Of a stretch of DNA of 64,000 nt, positions 37,340-47,098 are shown piece after piece. The stretch lies in assembly GCA_963664435.2 (NCBI GenBank), contig CAXXKM010000003.1:800001-864000 (forward strand), given 5' to 3'. The position numbers and the translations under genes are program-made. Origin of the DNA: Longimicrobiales bacterium (GTDB lineage Bacteria > Gemmatimonadota > Gemmatimonadetes > Longimicrobiales > Gaopeijiaceae). The notes beneath the pieces are model-generated. The model worked only from the letters and a program-made list of their open reading frames with translations, was not told where the DNA came from and searched no databases. The first letter of the stretch is position 1. Each line of letters begins with the position of its first letter.

Positions 37340-40300
37340 TCAGAAGCTCAGGCGCACGTTCGCCGTGAAGCTGGCGAACGGCGGCATGACGGTCTGCTGA
37401 TCCGCGCGGATGTTGCCGGTGCTGCGGAGCTCCGCATCCCAGGACCATCTTCCCCCGAATCCCGCCGGAGGCATCACCCGGCCGTCGCGCCAGGTGCCCC
37501 ATCCGTGGGCCTTGGTCCAGAGCATCGCCATGTTGCGCGCGGACACGCTGATGACACCGCGGGAAGCTCCTATGTGGGTGAGCAGATCCCCGGGGATGGT
37601 GTGGCTCGCCCCGACCTCGCGAAGGCGCAGATATCCGCCCTCGTGGAAGCCCATGGTGTTGTTCTCGTACTGGCGCCTCGCCTGCACCTCGGGAATGCAG
37701 CGGCAGATCACGGCCTCGGTTACGCCGATGTTGTGCGCCGCCCGGAGCTCCGAATTGAAGTTCCAGTGGCCTCCGTTGCCTTCGACACGCGCGTAGAGAC
37801 GCAGGTTGTTGATGCTGATGGTGTTGGTGATGCCGACCTGCCAGGTGGGCGTCGACGGGGCCCAGTGCACGTCGGGCGCGCCGCCACAGTCCACCCCCGC
37901 GCCGCCCGAGTCGATGCCTCCGACGCCGGTTCCGCCGTCGCACATCGCCGAAGTCACGAAGCCGCCGGCGTCGATCTGCGCGGAGAGCACCCGCTTGGCG
38001 AAGAAGGCGCCGATGGAGTAGCCCTCGTAGTGGGACTGCTGGCCGCCGGCCGGCACGAAGGAGAGCCCGCCGAGATCCTGGATCTCGTTGTTCATGGTGG
38101 CGAACTGGCCGCTGATGTCCCAGTTGAAGACCGAGGATTCGACGGCTCTGAAGTCGATGCCGAGCTCGTTCCCCCAGGCCTTCACCTCGGCCAGGTTCAC
38201 GATCTGGCTCCCGGAGAAGCCGGTAGAGGTGGGGACCGGGCGCTGGACGATGGCGTCCTTGATGGTGCGGTCGTAGCGGCTGAAGATGAGTTCCAGCCGT
38301 CCGCCCAGCAGGCTCAGGTCGAAGCCGTATTCCAGCTCCTCGCCGCGCTCCGGCTTTAGCTGCGGGTTGCCGAAAGAGCCGGGGAGAAGGCCGGGCTGGT
38401 CGCCGAAGCCGACGCCCGGGACGTAGAGGCGCGCCGCGTCGAAGGTGCCGGGCTGCTGTCCGGCGGCACCCCAGGCCGAGCGCAGCCGCAGCTGTTCGAT
38501 CCACCCCACGTCGAAGAAATCCTCCTCGCTCACGACCCAGGTGGCGCTGAACTTGGGGTAGACGGCGGCGTCGAAGTCGGCCCCGAAGGCGCTGTTGTCG
38601 TCGCCGCGCACGGCCGCCGTCAGGAAGACGCGGTTGTTCCAGTCCAGCTGCTGCTGGAGGTAGGCGCCCAGCGTGATGTTCTCGGTGAAGTTCTCGCCGC
38701 TGTCACGGTCGGCGCCGCCGCTCACGGTCGTGATGGGCACGGCCGGGAACTCCGATCCCTCGGCCTCGATGATCGAGGTCTGGCGCTGGTAGTACTGCAC
38801 TCCCACCGAACTGGTCAGCCGCACCCCGGGGGCCACGTCAAGAAACGCCGATCCGCTGTAGTCCAGGGTGGTGAATCGGTTCGTGATGCGTGCCACGTCC
38901 TTTACGCCAAGACCGCGTCGTCCCCAGAAGTGGGAACGGCCCTCGGGCTGGCGCGGGATGAGCACCCAGTCGACGGCCTCGCCCCGGTCCATCCCGACGG
39001 AGAGGCGGTGCGTGGTCCAGTCCGCCGGATTGTAGCCCAGCTCCAGGCTGGTGGTGATGCGGTCGTTGTCGGCCCGGGTGGTGTGCTTCGACCACTCCTC
39101 GGGCGGCGCCACCATGAAGCCGCGCTGGGGCGTTTCGATGGTGCTCGGGAAGCCCCAGATGATGCCGCTGAAGGGCTCCGCGCCGAAGCCGCCGCGGTTC
39201 TGGGCGAGCCGGACGCGGTTCTGCATGTAGCCGGTGCTGGTCTTGAGCGACACATCGTCGGAAAGCACCAGATCCAGGTTGACCCGGGCGTTGAGACGGG
39301 TGGCGTAGTCGTAGCCGACGATGCCCTCGTCGTCGTCCCAGGAGAGCGACGTGTAGTAGCGCACGTCCTCGGTGCCTCCCCTCAGGCCGAGGTTATAGCC
39401 CTGCTGGAGGCCGGTGCGGAAGATGGGCGGCCGCCCCGCGTCGATCTCCTGCTGGACCAGGTTGAAGCCCTCGAGCTGCCCCGTGCCGGCGTTTCGGCGC
39501 CACTGGAGACCATTGGCGCACGCCAGGGCATCCAGCGATGCCGGGTTGTTGTAGCAGGAGTTCGGATCCCCGCCCGCGCGCGCCGCCGGGTTCTGGAGCC
39601 AGTTGGCCCCGCTGCGCACGCTGATGTCGAACTGCGGGGCGCCCACCGCTCCGCGCTTGGTGATGATCTGGATCACGCCGTTGGAGGCTTCGGTTCCGTA
39701 GAGGGTAGCTGCGGACGGCCCCTTGATGATCTCGATGCTCTCGATGTCCTCGGCGCTCAGGTCGTTGAGGCGGCTCACCCGGGCTCCGCCGCGCACGCCG
39801 GGCCCGCCGCGCGGGTTCGAGTCCATGCGGATGCCGTCGATGTAGACGATGGGATCGTTGCCGAGCGACATGCTGGTGGTGCCGCGGATGCGGATGGGCG
39901 ACCCGGTGCCGACCTGGCCCGCGGACGGCAGCATGATCATTCCGGCGGTGCGCTGGGCCAGGAGGGTCTGGACGTTGGTGACCGGGGCGACCTCGAGGAT
40001 GGCGGCCGCGTCCACCGTCTCCACCACGTTGCCGATCGCCCGTCGCTGCGTGCCTCCCGCCGTGCCGGTGACCACGATCTCGTCGAGCGCGAGCGCCTCC
40101 TCGCGCAGGGCAACGTCGATCTCGGTCGCCTGGTCGGCGGTGATGGTGACGGTGCGGGTTTCGGTGCCGTAGCCGAGGCTTTCGAAGGTGACCTCGTGGC
40201 TTCCGGCCGGGACGCTCAGGATGTAGCGCCCGTTCTGGCTGGTGGCGGTGCCCAGGTCGAGACCCGAAACGTAGACCTGGACTCCGGCAAGGGGTTGGAG

Positions 40301-40432
40301 GGTTGCGGCGTTGACTACCTGGCCGACGAGGTTGCCCGTTTGGGCGGCGGCGGGCGTGCCGGAGGCAAAGACCACAGCCAGTGCTCCGGCCAGGCAGGCA
40401 AGCGCCCGTGCGGACGGACGAAACTTACCCAT
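37340..40432 (-). CDS. SusC/RagA family TonB-dependent receptor
   Basis: CarboxypepD-like N-domain, LDEIVVTG, plug DIESIEIIKGPSAATLYGTEASNGVIQIITKRG, RGDDNSAFG, LKPERG, terminal F. Confidence 0.95.
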   Translation of the reverse strand: MGKFRPSARALACLAGALAVVFASGTPAAAQTGNLVGQVVNAATLQPLAGVQVYVSGLDLGTATSQNGRYILSVPAGSHEVTFESLGYGTETRTVTITADQATEIDVALREEALALDEIVVTGTAGGTQRRAIGNVVETVDAAAILEVAPVTNVQTLLAQRTAGMIMLPSAGQVGTGSPIRIRGTTSMSLGNDPIVYIDGIRMDSNPRGGPGVRGGARVSRLNDLSAEDIESIEIIKGPSAATLYGTEASNGVIQIITKRGAVGAPQFDISVRSGANWLQNPAARAGGDPNSCYNNPASLDALACANGLQWRRNAGTGQLEGFNLVQQEIDAGRPPIFRTGLQQGYNLGLRGGTEDVRYYTSLSWDDDEGIVGYDYATRLNARVNLDLVLSDDVSLKTSTGYMQNRVRLAQNRGGFGAEPFSGIIWGFPSTIETPQRGFMVAPPEEWSKHTTRADNDRITTSLELGYNPADWTTHRLSVGMDRGEAVDWVLIPRQPEGRSHFWGRRGLGVKDVARITNRFTTLDYSGSAFLDVAPGVRLTSSVGVQYYQRQTSIIEAEGSEFPAVPITTVSGGADRDSGENFTENITLGAYLQQQLDWNNRVFLTAAVRGDDNSAFGADFDAAVYPKFSATWVVSEEDFFDVGWIEQLRLRSAWGAAGQQPGTFDAARLYVPGVGFGDQPGLLPGSFGNPQLKPERGEELEYGFDLSLLGGRLELIFSRYDRTIKDAIVQRPVPTSTGFSGSQIVNLAEVKAWGNELGIDFRAVESSVFNWDISGQFATMNNEIQDLGGLSFVPAGGQQSHYEGYSIGAFFAKRVLSAQIDAGGFVTSAMCDGGTGVGGIDSGGAGVDCGGAPDVHWAPSTPTWQVGITNTISINNLRLYARVEGNGGHWNFNSELRAAHNIGVTEAVICRCIPEVQARRQYENNTMGFHEGGYLRLREVGASHTIPGDLLTHIGASRGVISVSARNMAMLWTKAHGWGTWRDGRVMPPAGFGGRWSWDAELRSTGNIRADQQTVMPPFASFTANVRLSF

Positions 40433-40785
40433 GCGTACTCCTCTGGAGGCGGGTGCTGCTGGATGAACCGCCGGGAGGTGGACCCGTCGGTGAGACGGAT
40501 CGCGGGGAACAGCTGCCGGGCGGGGGTACATGAGAAAACCTGCGTGCCTCCACCATGATTCTACGATCCGGGTCAGCCGGCGGCCAGCAGGCCCCCTGCA
40601 GCCGGGCGGATGCGGTGTTCGGGATCCGCTCGATCGAGTGGTCCGTGCCGAGTGCTCCGGGCAGGGGCGGGCGGACCGCGGCGCCGGGCGTGTTCCAATT
40701 GGACATGACCGCCGCAGGTAGTCAGAATCAGAGAGGTGGCCGTGGTTGATTGCCGCCCTGAAAACGCCGACCCGGGAGGTGGCCG

Positions 40786-41592
40786 GTGGCTGCAGCAGCG
40801 GGACGCAGACTCGGCAGAGTCCGGGGCGCGGCAGCGCTGGCGGGGCTTCTGGCCGTGGCCTGCGCGCCGGGGGACACGCCTGGGGGCGAACAGGACCTGG
40901 ACGAGCCCACCAGCGTTCCGGCCGACATCCCTGCTGGTCCCGGAGAAGCACTCGCCACCGGCGATGAACCCCGTGCCGCGGGCAACGCCTCCCCCCGCGA
41001 GATCCTCCTCGACCCGACGCTGCCGGTGTGGAGCGAAACCGCCCCCGACACCTTCCGCGCCCGCTTCGAGACCAGCGCGGGCGACTTCGCCATCGAGGTG
41101 GTGCGGGCCTGGGCGCCCGTTGGGGCGGACCGGTTCTACAACCTGGTCCGCCACGGCTACTACGATGACGCGCGCTTCCACCGCACCGTGCCGGACTTCA
41201 TCGTGCAGTGGGGGCTGGCCGGCGACCCCGAGATCACGGCCGCCTGGATCGGCGAGACGATCCCTGACGACGAAGCGGTGGTCGCCAGCAACGTGCGCGG
41301 CACCATCGCCTTCGCCTTCACCGAGCCGCACACCCGCGCCACACAGGTGTACATCAACCTTGTGGACAACAGCCGCCTGGACGCACAGGGCTTCCCGCCC
41401 TTCGGCCGGGTGGTGGAGGGGATGGAGATTGTGGACCGCATCTACACGGGGTACGGCGAGAACTCCGGGGGCGGGCTGCGGCGCGGTGACCAGAGCGCGA
41501 TCGTGGCGGGTGGCAATGACTATCTCGACCGCGAGTTTCCGATGCTCGACCGCCTGACGAAAGCCACGGTCGAGCCCGGAGGAGGACACTAG
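40786..41592 (+). CDS. Cyclophilin-type peptidyl-prolyl isomerase, lipoprotein
   Basis: WAPVGADRFYNLV, RFHRTVPDFIVQWG, SNVRGTIAFA, TQVYINL, PFGRVVEGM. Confidence 0.92.
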   Translation: MAAAAGRRLGRVRGAAALAGLLAVACAPGDTPGGEQDLDEPTSVPADIPAGPGEALATGDEPRAAGNASPREILLDPTLPVWSETAPDTFRARFETSAGDFAIEVVRAWAPVGADRFYNLVRHGYYDDARFHRTVPDFIVQWGLAGDPEITAAWIGETIPDDEAVVASNVRGTIAFAFTEPHTRATQVYINLVDNSRLDAQGFPPFGRVVEGMEIVDRIYTGYGENSGGGLRRGDQSAIVAGGNDYLDREFPMLDRLTKATVEPGGGH

Positions 41593-41651
41593 CAGTGCGA
41601 CCCCTACAGGCAGGAGCGGCACTCGTCGCGCGGGCCATGGCCGCAGGCAAC

Positions 41652-42059
41652 GTGAAGAGAATCCGGTACTGGTGGCGCCACGTTCCATTGATCCTGGTGG
41701 CGCTCACTTCCGCGTGCGTCGTCGGCAACGTGGGACCGTCCCGCGGTGGACGCTCGCAGGGCGACATCCAGCGCCCCGAACTGGATCAGGTCCTCTCCGA
41801 GAGCGCCTACGAAGCCGTCGAGCAGCTCCGGCCCTCCTGGCTCTTCTACCGGCGCACGCCCACCCTGGTGAACGCGAATCCGGAGCCGGCCGTATACATC
41901 GACCAGGCGAAGCTCCTGTCGCTGGACGATCTGCGCACCATTCCCGTGCAGGACGTCGAACTCATCCGGTTCCTTTCCGCCCGGGACGCGACCACGGTGT
42001 ACGGCACCGGCCACATGTGGGGTGCGATCGTGGTGGTCAGCCGGCGGCCGGGCCGCTAG
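41652..42059 (+). CDS. Stand-alone TonB-receptor plug-domain lipoprotein
   Basis: Lipobox TSAC; AYEAVEQLRPSWL, PAVYID, DVELIRFLSARDATTVYGTGHMWGAIVV align with the SusC plug. Confidence 0.8.
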   Translation: MKRIRYWWRHVPLILVALTSACVVGNVGPSRGGRSQGDIQRPELDQVLSESAYEAVEQLRPSWLFYRRTPTLVNANPEPAVYIDQAKLLSLDDLRTIPVQDVELIRFLSARDATTVYGTGHMWGAIVVVSRRPGR

Positions 42060-42544
42060 TCCGGAGGACCTCTGCGGGTGGTGATTACGATCGCCCCCGA
42101 TGCGTGACCGGTGCCGAACCGGGTGGTGGCGTCGGTGGGCGAGAGGAGAGAGATCCTCTCGACGTATTCGGCGCTGATGCCGAACAGCTCCTCGATTGCC
42201 CCGACCCGCACACCGTCCACATAGACCGAAGGCCGGTTGTCGGGATTGTTCGGGGTGCGGGCACCACGGCGCCGCAACCAGCTGCGCCGAAGCCGCTCGA
42301 TGGCGTGGTGAGCGCTGGTGTAGACCTCCTGATCGAGTTCCTCTCTGGTAATTTCCCCCGTTCCGCGCACGGGGGCGGGGCCGTCTCCCGCGGTACCCGA
42401 ACCTCTCCCACACGCACCGAGGCAGAAGAGGCCTGCAAGCGCCACGGTCAACGCCCACCGGGGCACACTTCTCCCGCCCCCGCCCGGAGAGATCCCTTGC
42501 GGGACCTCCCCGGACGGGCGCCAGGCGCTGAACGCCGGCGTCAT
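42056..42544 (-). CDS. Stand-alone TonB-receptor plug-domain lipoprotein
   Basis: Lipobox LGAC; ITREEL, PSVYVDG, VERISLLSPTDATTRFGTGHASGAIVITTR; ATGA-coupled to SusD. Confidence 0.82.
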   Translation of the reverse strand: MTPAFSAWRPSGEVPQGISPGGGGRSVPRWALTVALAGLFCLGACGRGSGTAGDGPAPVRGTGEITREELDQEVYTSAHHAIERLRRSWLRRRGARTPNNPDNRPSVYVDGVRVGAIEELFGISAEYVERISLLSPTDATTRFGTGHASGAIVITTRRGPPD

Positions 42545-43878
42545 CCGCTCGTGTTGGGGTTCAGCTCGAGTTCCGTTTCGTCGATCGGCAGGCACGTGGT
42601 CGGCCCGTAGGCCACTCCCTTGTGGTTGAAGTTCTGGCCACGCGGGAACCACAGCCCGTAGCGCAGCTTGTCGGCATGGTGGCGTCCCTCGAGGAACATC
42701 TCGCGGCGCCGCTCCTCGACGATGACATCCATGTCCACGGTTGAAGCATGGGGCAGGCCGTGCCGGTCGCGCAAAGCATTGATCCGGCCCAGGGCCGACG
42801 CCGCGTCTCCGCCCTGGAACTCGGCCTCCGCCAGAATCAACTGCGCCTCGGCCCAGTCGGCGAGCGGAATGTCGTACCCCTGGTCGCGGTACTTGGTCTG
42901 GACCCAGTGGGGGGTAACACCGTCCTGGCCCACCTGACCGGTGTTCTCCACCGGGACCCGGGGATCGGGCATGCCGTCATCCACCGTCTGAGTCCCGTCG
43001 GCGGCAATGGTCAGGTTGCGGAATCCGGGCGCCACCTCGACTCCGTCCACCATCACCGGAGGAGTGATGGTGCCGTACTTGTTCTCGTTCAGCATGTGGT
43101 AGACCTGGTTCCACCGCTTGCGCACCGAGTTGTCGCGCGTAACCCAGGCGATGAAGTTCGGGTCGGTAACCTGGGCCGCATCCGCCGCCGCGCCCGCGAG
43201 ATTCCCCTGCGAAAGCCGGTTGCGGGCCCTGGCCAGGTACGCCAGTTGGCGTGCGCTCGAGGTCACCGCGGTGATGTCGAAGTCGCCGCTGATGTGGCCG
43301 ATCGCAGTACCGAGCCACTCTTCGCCGCCGGCCAGCAGCTGGGACGGCGTCATGAGCGGCCCCACGTCCACGGTGTTCTCGCACCAGTGCTCGCCGAACA
43401 CGGTGTAGACGAGCCCGGCGTAGAGCGCCGCAGTCGCTAGCAGCCGCTCCTGGTCCGCCACGGATTCCTCGAATCCGCTGATGGAACTGTAGGCCTGCTC
43501 CGCCTGGAAGCGGGCCTTCTGGAAGGAGGTGGCGAAGCCGGCGTTGGTGTTGCTTTGGCCGCAGTTGCCGCTGGTGGAAGTGATGCGGTATTCGGACCAG
43601 GCCCGGGTGAACCAGCCGGTGGACTCCCAGTAGGCGTCCTCAAGGCCTCCGATCGACACGGAAAAGTCCGAATACGAGCATTCGAAGTCGGCGATCGCCG
43701 ACACGACCATGGTATTGGCCATGTCCGGAATGAGGAGCCCGTCCTCGGTGAGGTTTCCGGGAAGCTCCACCTGCAGGAGGCTGTCGCAGGCCCCGGCCGC
43801 CGTTGCCGCCAGAACCAGCACTGAAATCTTCGTGAACCGCCCGCGGGCGACACGCTTTCTATTCCTGATTGTCTTCAT
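42541..43878 (-). CDS. RagB/SusD family lipoprotein
   Basis: Lipobox AGAC-DSLLQV; EAQLILAEA, INALR, EERRREMFLEGRH; paralogous to 35989-37326. Confidence 0.88.
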   Translation of the reverse strand: MKTIRNRKRVARGRFTKISVLVLAATAAGACDSLLQVELPGNLTEDGLLIPDMANTMVVSAIADFECSYSDFSVSIGGLEDAYWESTGWFTRAWSEYRITSTSGNCGQSNTNAGFATSFQKARFQAEQAYSSISGFEESVADQERLLATAALYAGLVYTVFGEHWCENTVDVGPLMTPSQLLAGGEEWLGTAIGHISGDFDITAVTSSARQLAYLARARNRLSQGNLAGAAADAAQVTDPNFIAWVTRDNSVRKRWNQVYHMLNENKYGTITPPVMVDGVEVAPGFRNLTIAADGTQTVDDGMPDPRVPVENTGQVGQDGVTPHWVQTKYRDQGYDIPLADWAEAQLILAEAEFQGGDAASALGRINALRDRHGLPHASTVDMDVIVEERRREMFLEGRHHADKLRYGLWFPRGQNFNHKGVAYGPTTCLPIDETELELNPNTSG

Positions 43879-43898
43879 GGCTCTTTCTCCCTTGCCCA

Positions 43899-46877
43899 TC
43901 AGAACGTGACCCGCATGGTCAGGTTGAACGACGCGGTGGGCGGCACGTTCGAGTTGGAGCCGGTGTTGGTGTCCGCGCTGCGTCGGGCCTCCGGATCGTG
44001 GATCGGCTCACCCCAGATGTCCGGTTGGGCCACCCAGAGCACCGCCAGGTTGCGCGCTCCCACGCTCAGGGACGCCCGCGTGGCTCCCGAGCGTTCCACC
44101 AGCGACTGGGGCAGCCGGAAGTTGGCGCTGATCTCGCGCAGGCGGGCGAAGCCTCCGTTATAAATGGCCCCGGTCCCGAAGTTCTCGTCGGCGTGCGCCA
44201 GGAAGAGCGGATTGGTCCGCTCATTGGCCGCAAGCGAGGTCTGGAAACAGGTGTGTTTGCAGGAGACGTCCGTCGATGTCGCGTAGCCGCCGATCCGGTG
44301 CTCGACCAGGGCATAGAGCCTGAGGTTGTTGAAGAAGGTGAAGGTCATGTTGTAGCCCATCTCCCACGGCATCTGCAGAGGTCCGTAGAAGACTTCCATG
44401 CGGCTGTTGCAGGGCGCCGGCGGCCCACCCTGCTCCCAGCCGTTGGTGCCGGCGCCGCTGTCGCACATGATCGACGACTTGATGAGCCGTCCCGTGGCGG
44501 GATCGATCTGGGCGCTCACCGCCAGCTCGTCGAAGATGGCCGGGAAGGGGAAGCCTTCGCGCAGCGTGTTGGTTGGCGGCAGGTCGCCGACGTCCTCCAC
44601 GCGGTTCTGGTTGTGCGACAGGTTCGCGCCCAGATCCACGGCGAAGGCGTCGCCGTCGAGGATGCGCCCGTTGAGGTTGATCTCCCAGCCCCAGTTCTTC
44701 AGGTGCCCCAGGTTCACGGACTGGGAGCCGGGGAAGCCGCGGCTGGGCGCCACGGGCAGGGACACCAGCGCATCCCGGATGTCCTGCTGGTAGTAGGTGA
44801 TCTGCGCCAGCAGACGATCGTCGAACAGACCGGCGTCGAATCCGGCCTCGATCTCCGTGCTGACTTCGGGGCCCAGTTCCGGGTTGCCCACTTCGTCCGG
44901 GGTGACCGCGGCCTGGGAGGCCGGGCCGACCGCCGGCTCGTAGAGCCGCACCGCGGCGAACACGTCGGGCTGCTGGCCTGCCTTGCCCCATGCGCTCCGC
45001 AGCCTGAGCGAGGTCACCCAGTCGACATCGAAAAACTCCTCTTCACTGAGTACCCAGGTGCCGGAGAGCTTCGGATAGATGGCGGCGTCGAAGTCGGCGC
45101 CGAAGGCGGAGTTGTCGTCGCCCCGGATGGCGCCGGTGACGAAGATGCGGTCCTGGTAGCCGATCTCCTGCTGAACGTAGGCGCCCATGGTCTTGTTCTG
45201 GACAAAATCCTCGGTCGCGGTCGTGCTGGCCGCGCCGGCAAGCGAGGTGATTGCAGGGGCCGGAAAGGTCTTGCCGGTGCTGATCACGGTCTCCAGCTGC
45301 TTGGCATAGTACTGTGCCCCCACCGAAGTCTTCAGAGCGAAGTCGCTTACGTTGACCGTTCCGGTCGCAGCATAGTCGAAGGTGATGTAGCGGGTGTACG
45401 GCCGCTCTACGACCACGTCGCCCAGGGACAGGCCACCGAAGTCGTGCTGCGCTCCGGTCGGGTGGCGCGGGAAGAGCCTGCGGTTCTCCTCGTGGGCCTG
45501 GTCCAGCCCGATCACGGCCCGGTGGGTGAGCCAGTCGAAGGGGGTGTGGTTGAGGGTGAGGCTGCCGATGAAGCGCGAGTTGTCGCGCGTCGCTTCGACC
45601 TCCTCGATGGACTCCGGGCGGGCGCGCAGGAAGCCCCTCAGGCGGGTGTCCACCCCCTCCGGGGTCGACCACTGCGCCTGCTCCCAGACGCCTCACGAAG
45701 TCCTCTGCTGCATGAAGCTGGTGGTGCCGTTCACGTAGCCCGTGCTCATGTCGATCTGGAGCGACTCGTGCGGCACCACGGAGACGTTCGCGCGCGTGTT
45801 GAAGACCTTGTTCCAGTTGTAGTGGACGATGCCGGTCTGGTCGTCCCAGTCGGTGGCCAGATAGTAGCGCACCCGTTCCGTGCCGCCCCTCATGCTGAGC
45901 GCATAACCCTGGGAGTGGCCCGTGGTGAAGAACTGGCGGCCGGCGTCCCGTTCCTGATCCCAGATGTTGAAGGAGATGATGTTGCCCGAGGCGTCCTTGC
46001 CGTAGGCCGTGTTGACCTGCTCCCGCGCGTTGGGCAGCCAGGTGGCGCCCTGCTTGATGGTCAGGTCGAACTGGGGCGCGCCTTCGACGCCGCGCTTGGT
46101 GATGATGTTGATGACGCCGTTGGAGGCCTCGGTGCCGTACAGGGTCGCGGCCGACGGGCCCTTGATGACCTCGATGCGCTCGATGTCCTCGGGGTTGATG
46201 TCGTCGAGCTTGCTCACCTGGCGGCCGTCGCGCAGGCTCGGCCCGGCCTGGGTCTCGTTGTCGACCCGGATGCCGTCCACGTAGATGAGCGGGTTGTTGC
46301 CGACGTTCAGGCTGGTATATCCGCGGATGCGGATGGGCGATCCGGTGCCGACGTTGCCCGACACGCGCTTGAAGCCCACGCCCGCCTCGCGCCCCTGCAG
46401 CAGGTCCTGCATGGTGTTGATCGGCGCGACTTCCGCCACGTCGGCGGCCTCCACGCGGGCCATGGCGTTGCCGAGCGCGCGCTGCCGGGTGCCGCCCGCG
46501 GTGCCCGTGACCACCACCTCGTCGAGAGCGAGGGCTTCGGCCGTGAGGTTGACCTCGATCTGGGTCGTCTGGCCGCCGGTCACCTCGATCTGCACGGTGG
46601 CGGTGCGGAACCCGATCCGCGTGGCCCGCAACTGGTGGGTGCCGGCCGGAACGTTGAGGAGCAGGAACTGACCGTTGGCCTGGGTCAGCCCCCCGATCTC
46701 CAGGGTCGGGATGTCCACCTGGACGACGGACATCGGTTGCAGGGTGCGGCCGTCGACCACCGTTCCGGTGACCGTGCCGGTTCCCTGCGCGGCGACCCCG
46801 GCGGCGGGGGCGAACAGGAGGGCAAGGAGCGCGACAGCCGCGCTTGGGGGTTGGAATACAACGATACGAGAGCCCAT
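43899..46877 (-). pseudogene. SusC/RagA family TonB-dependent receptor with one in-frame TGA at 45693-45695
   Basis: ORFs 45693-46877 and 43899-45653 share a frame; reading through TGA gives a full receptor collinear with the paralog at 37340-40432. Confidence 0.8.
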
Positions 46878-47098
46878 GAGCAGTCCTCCGGGACAGAGGT
46901 GGGACAGACACCTCCGGCGGGGACTCGAACACCTCGGAGGTGATCGATAGGGCGATTAATCGACACCCCGGACCGCGATTGTGCTGGCGGTCGGGGCCGC
47001 GCCGGTCGAACGGATGTGCTCTCGGAGGACCGTCGTGGCCTGTCAGGGTGCCCGGCCCGTCGGCCGGCCACCACAGGCTCGGAAGATGGGCGAACGCC

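Noticed and set aside
40433..40951. Long N-terminal extensions in the ORF track (SusC, TolC, TetR, coaX, mobA, DUF3500, DinB, YheT)
   Set aside because: Open-frame run-ons; motif positions and RBS or overlap evidence support later starts.
46915..46940. GTTCGAGTCC on the minus strand resembling a tRNA T-loop
   Set aside because: No cloverleaf could be built around it.
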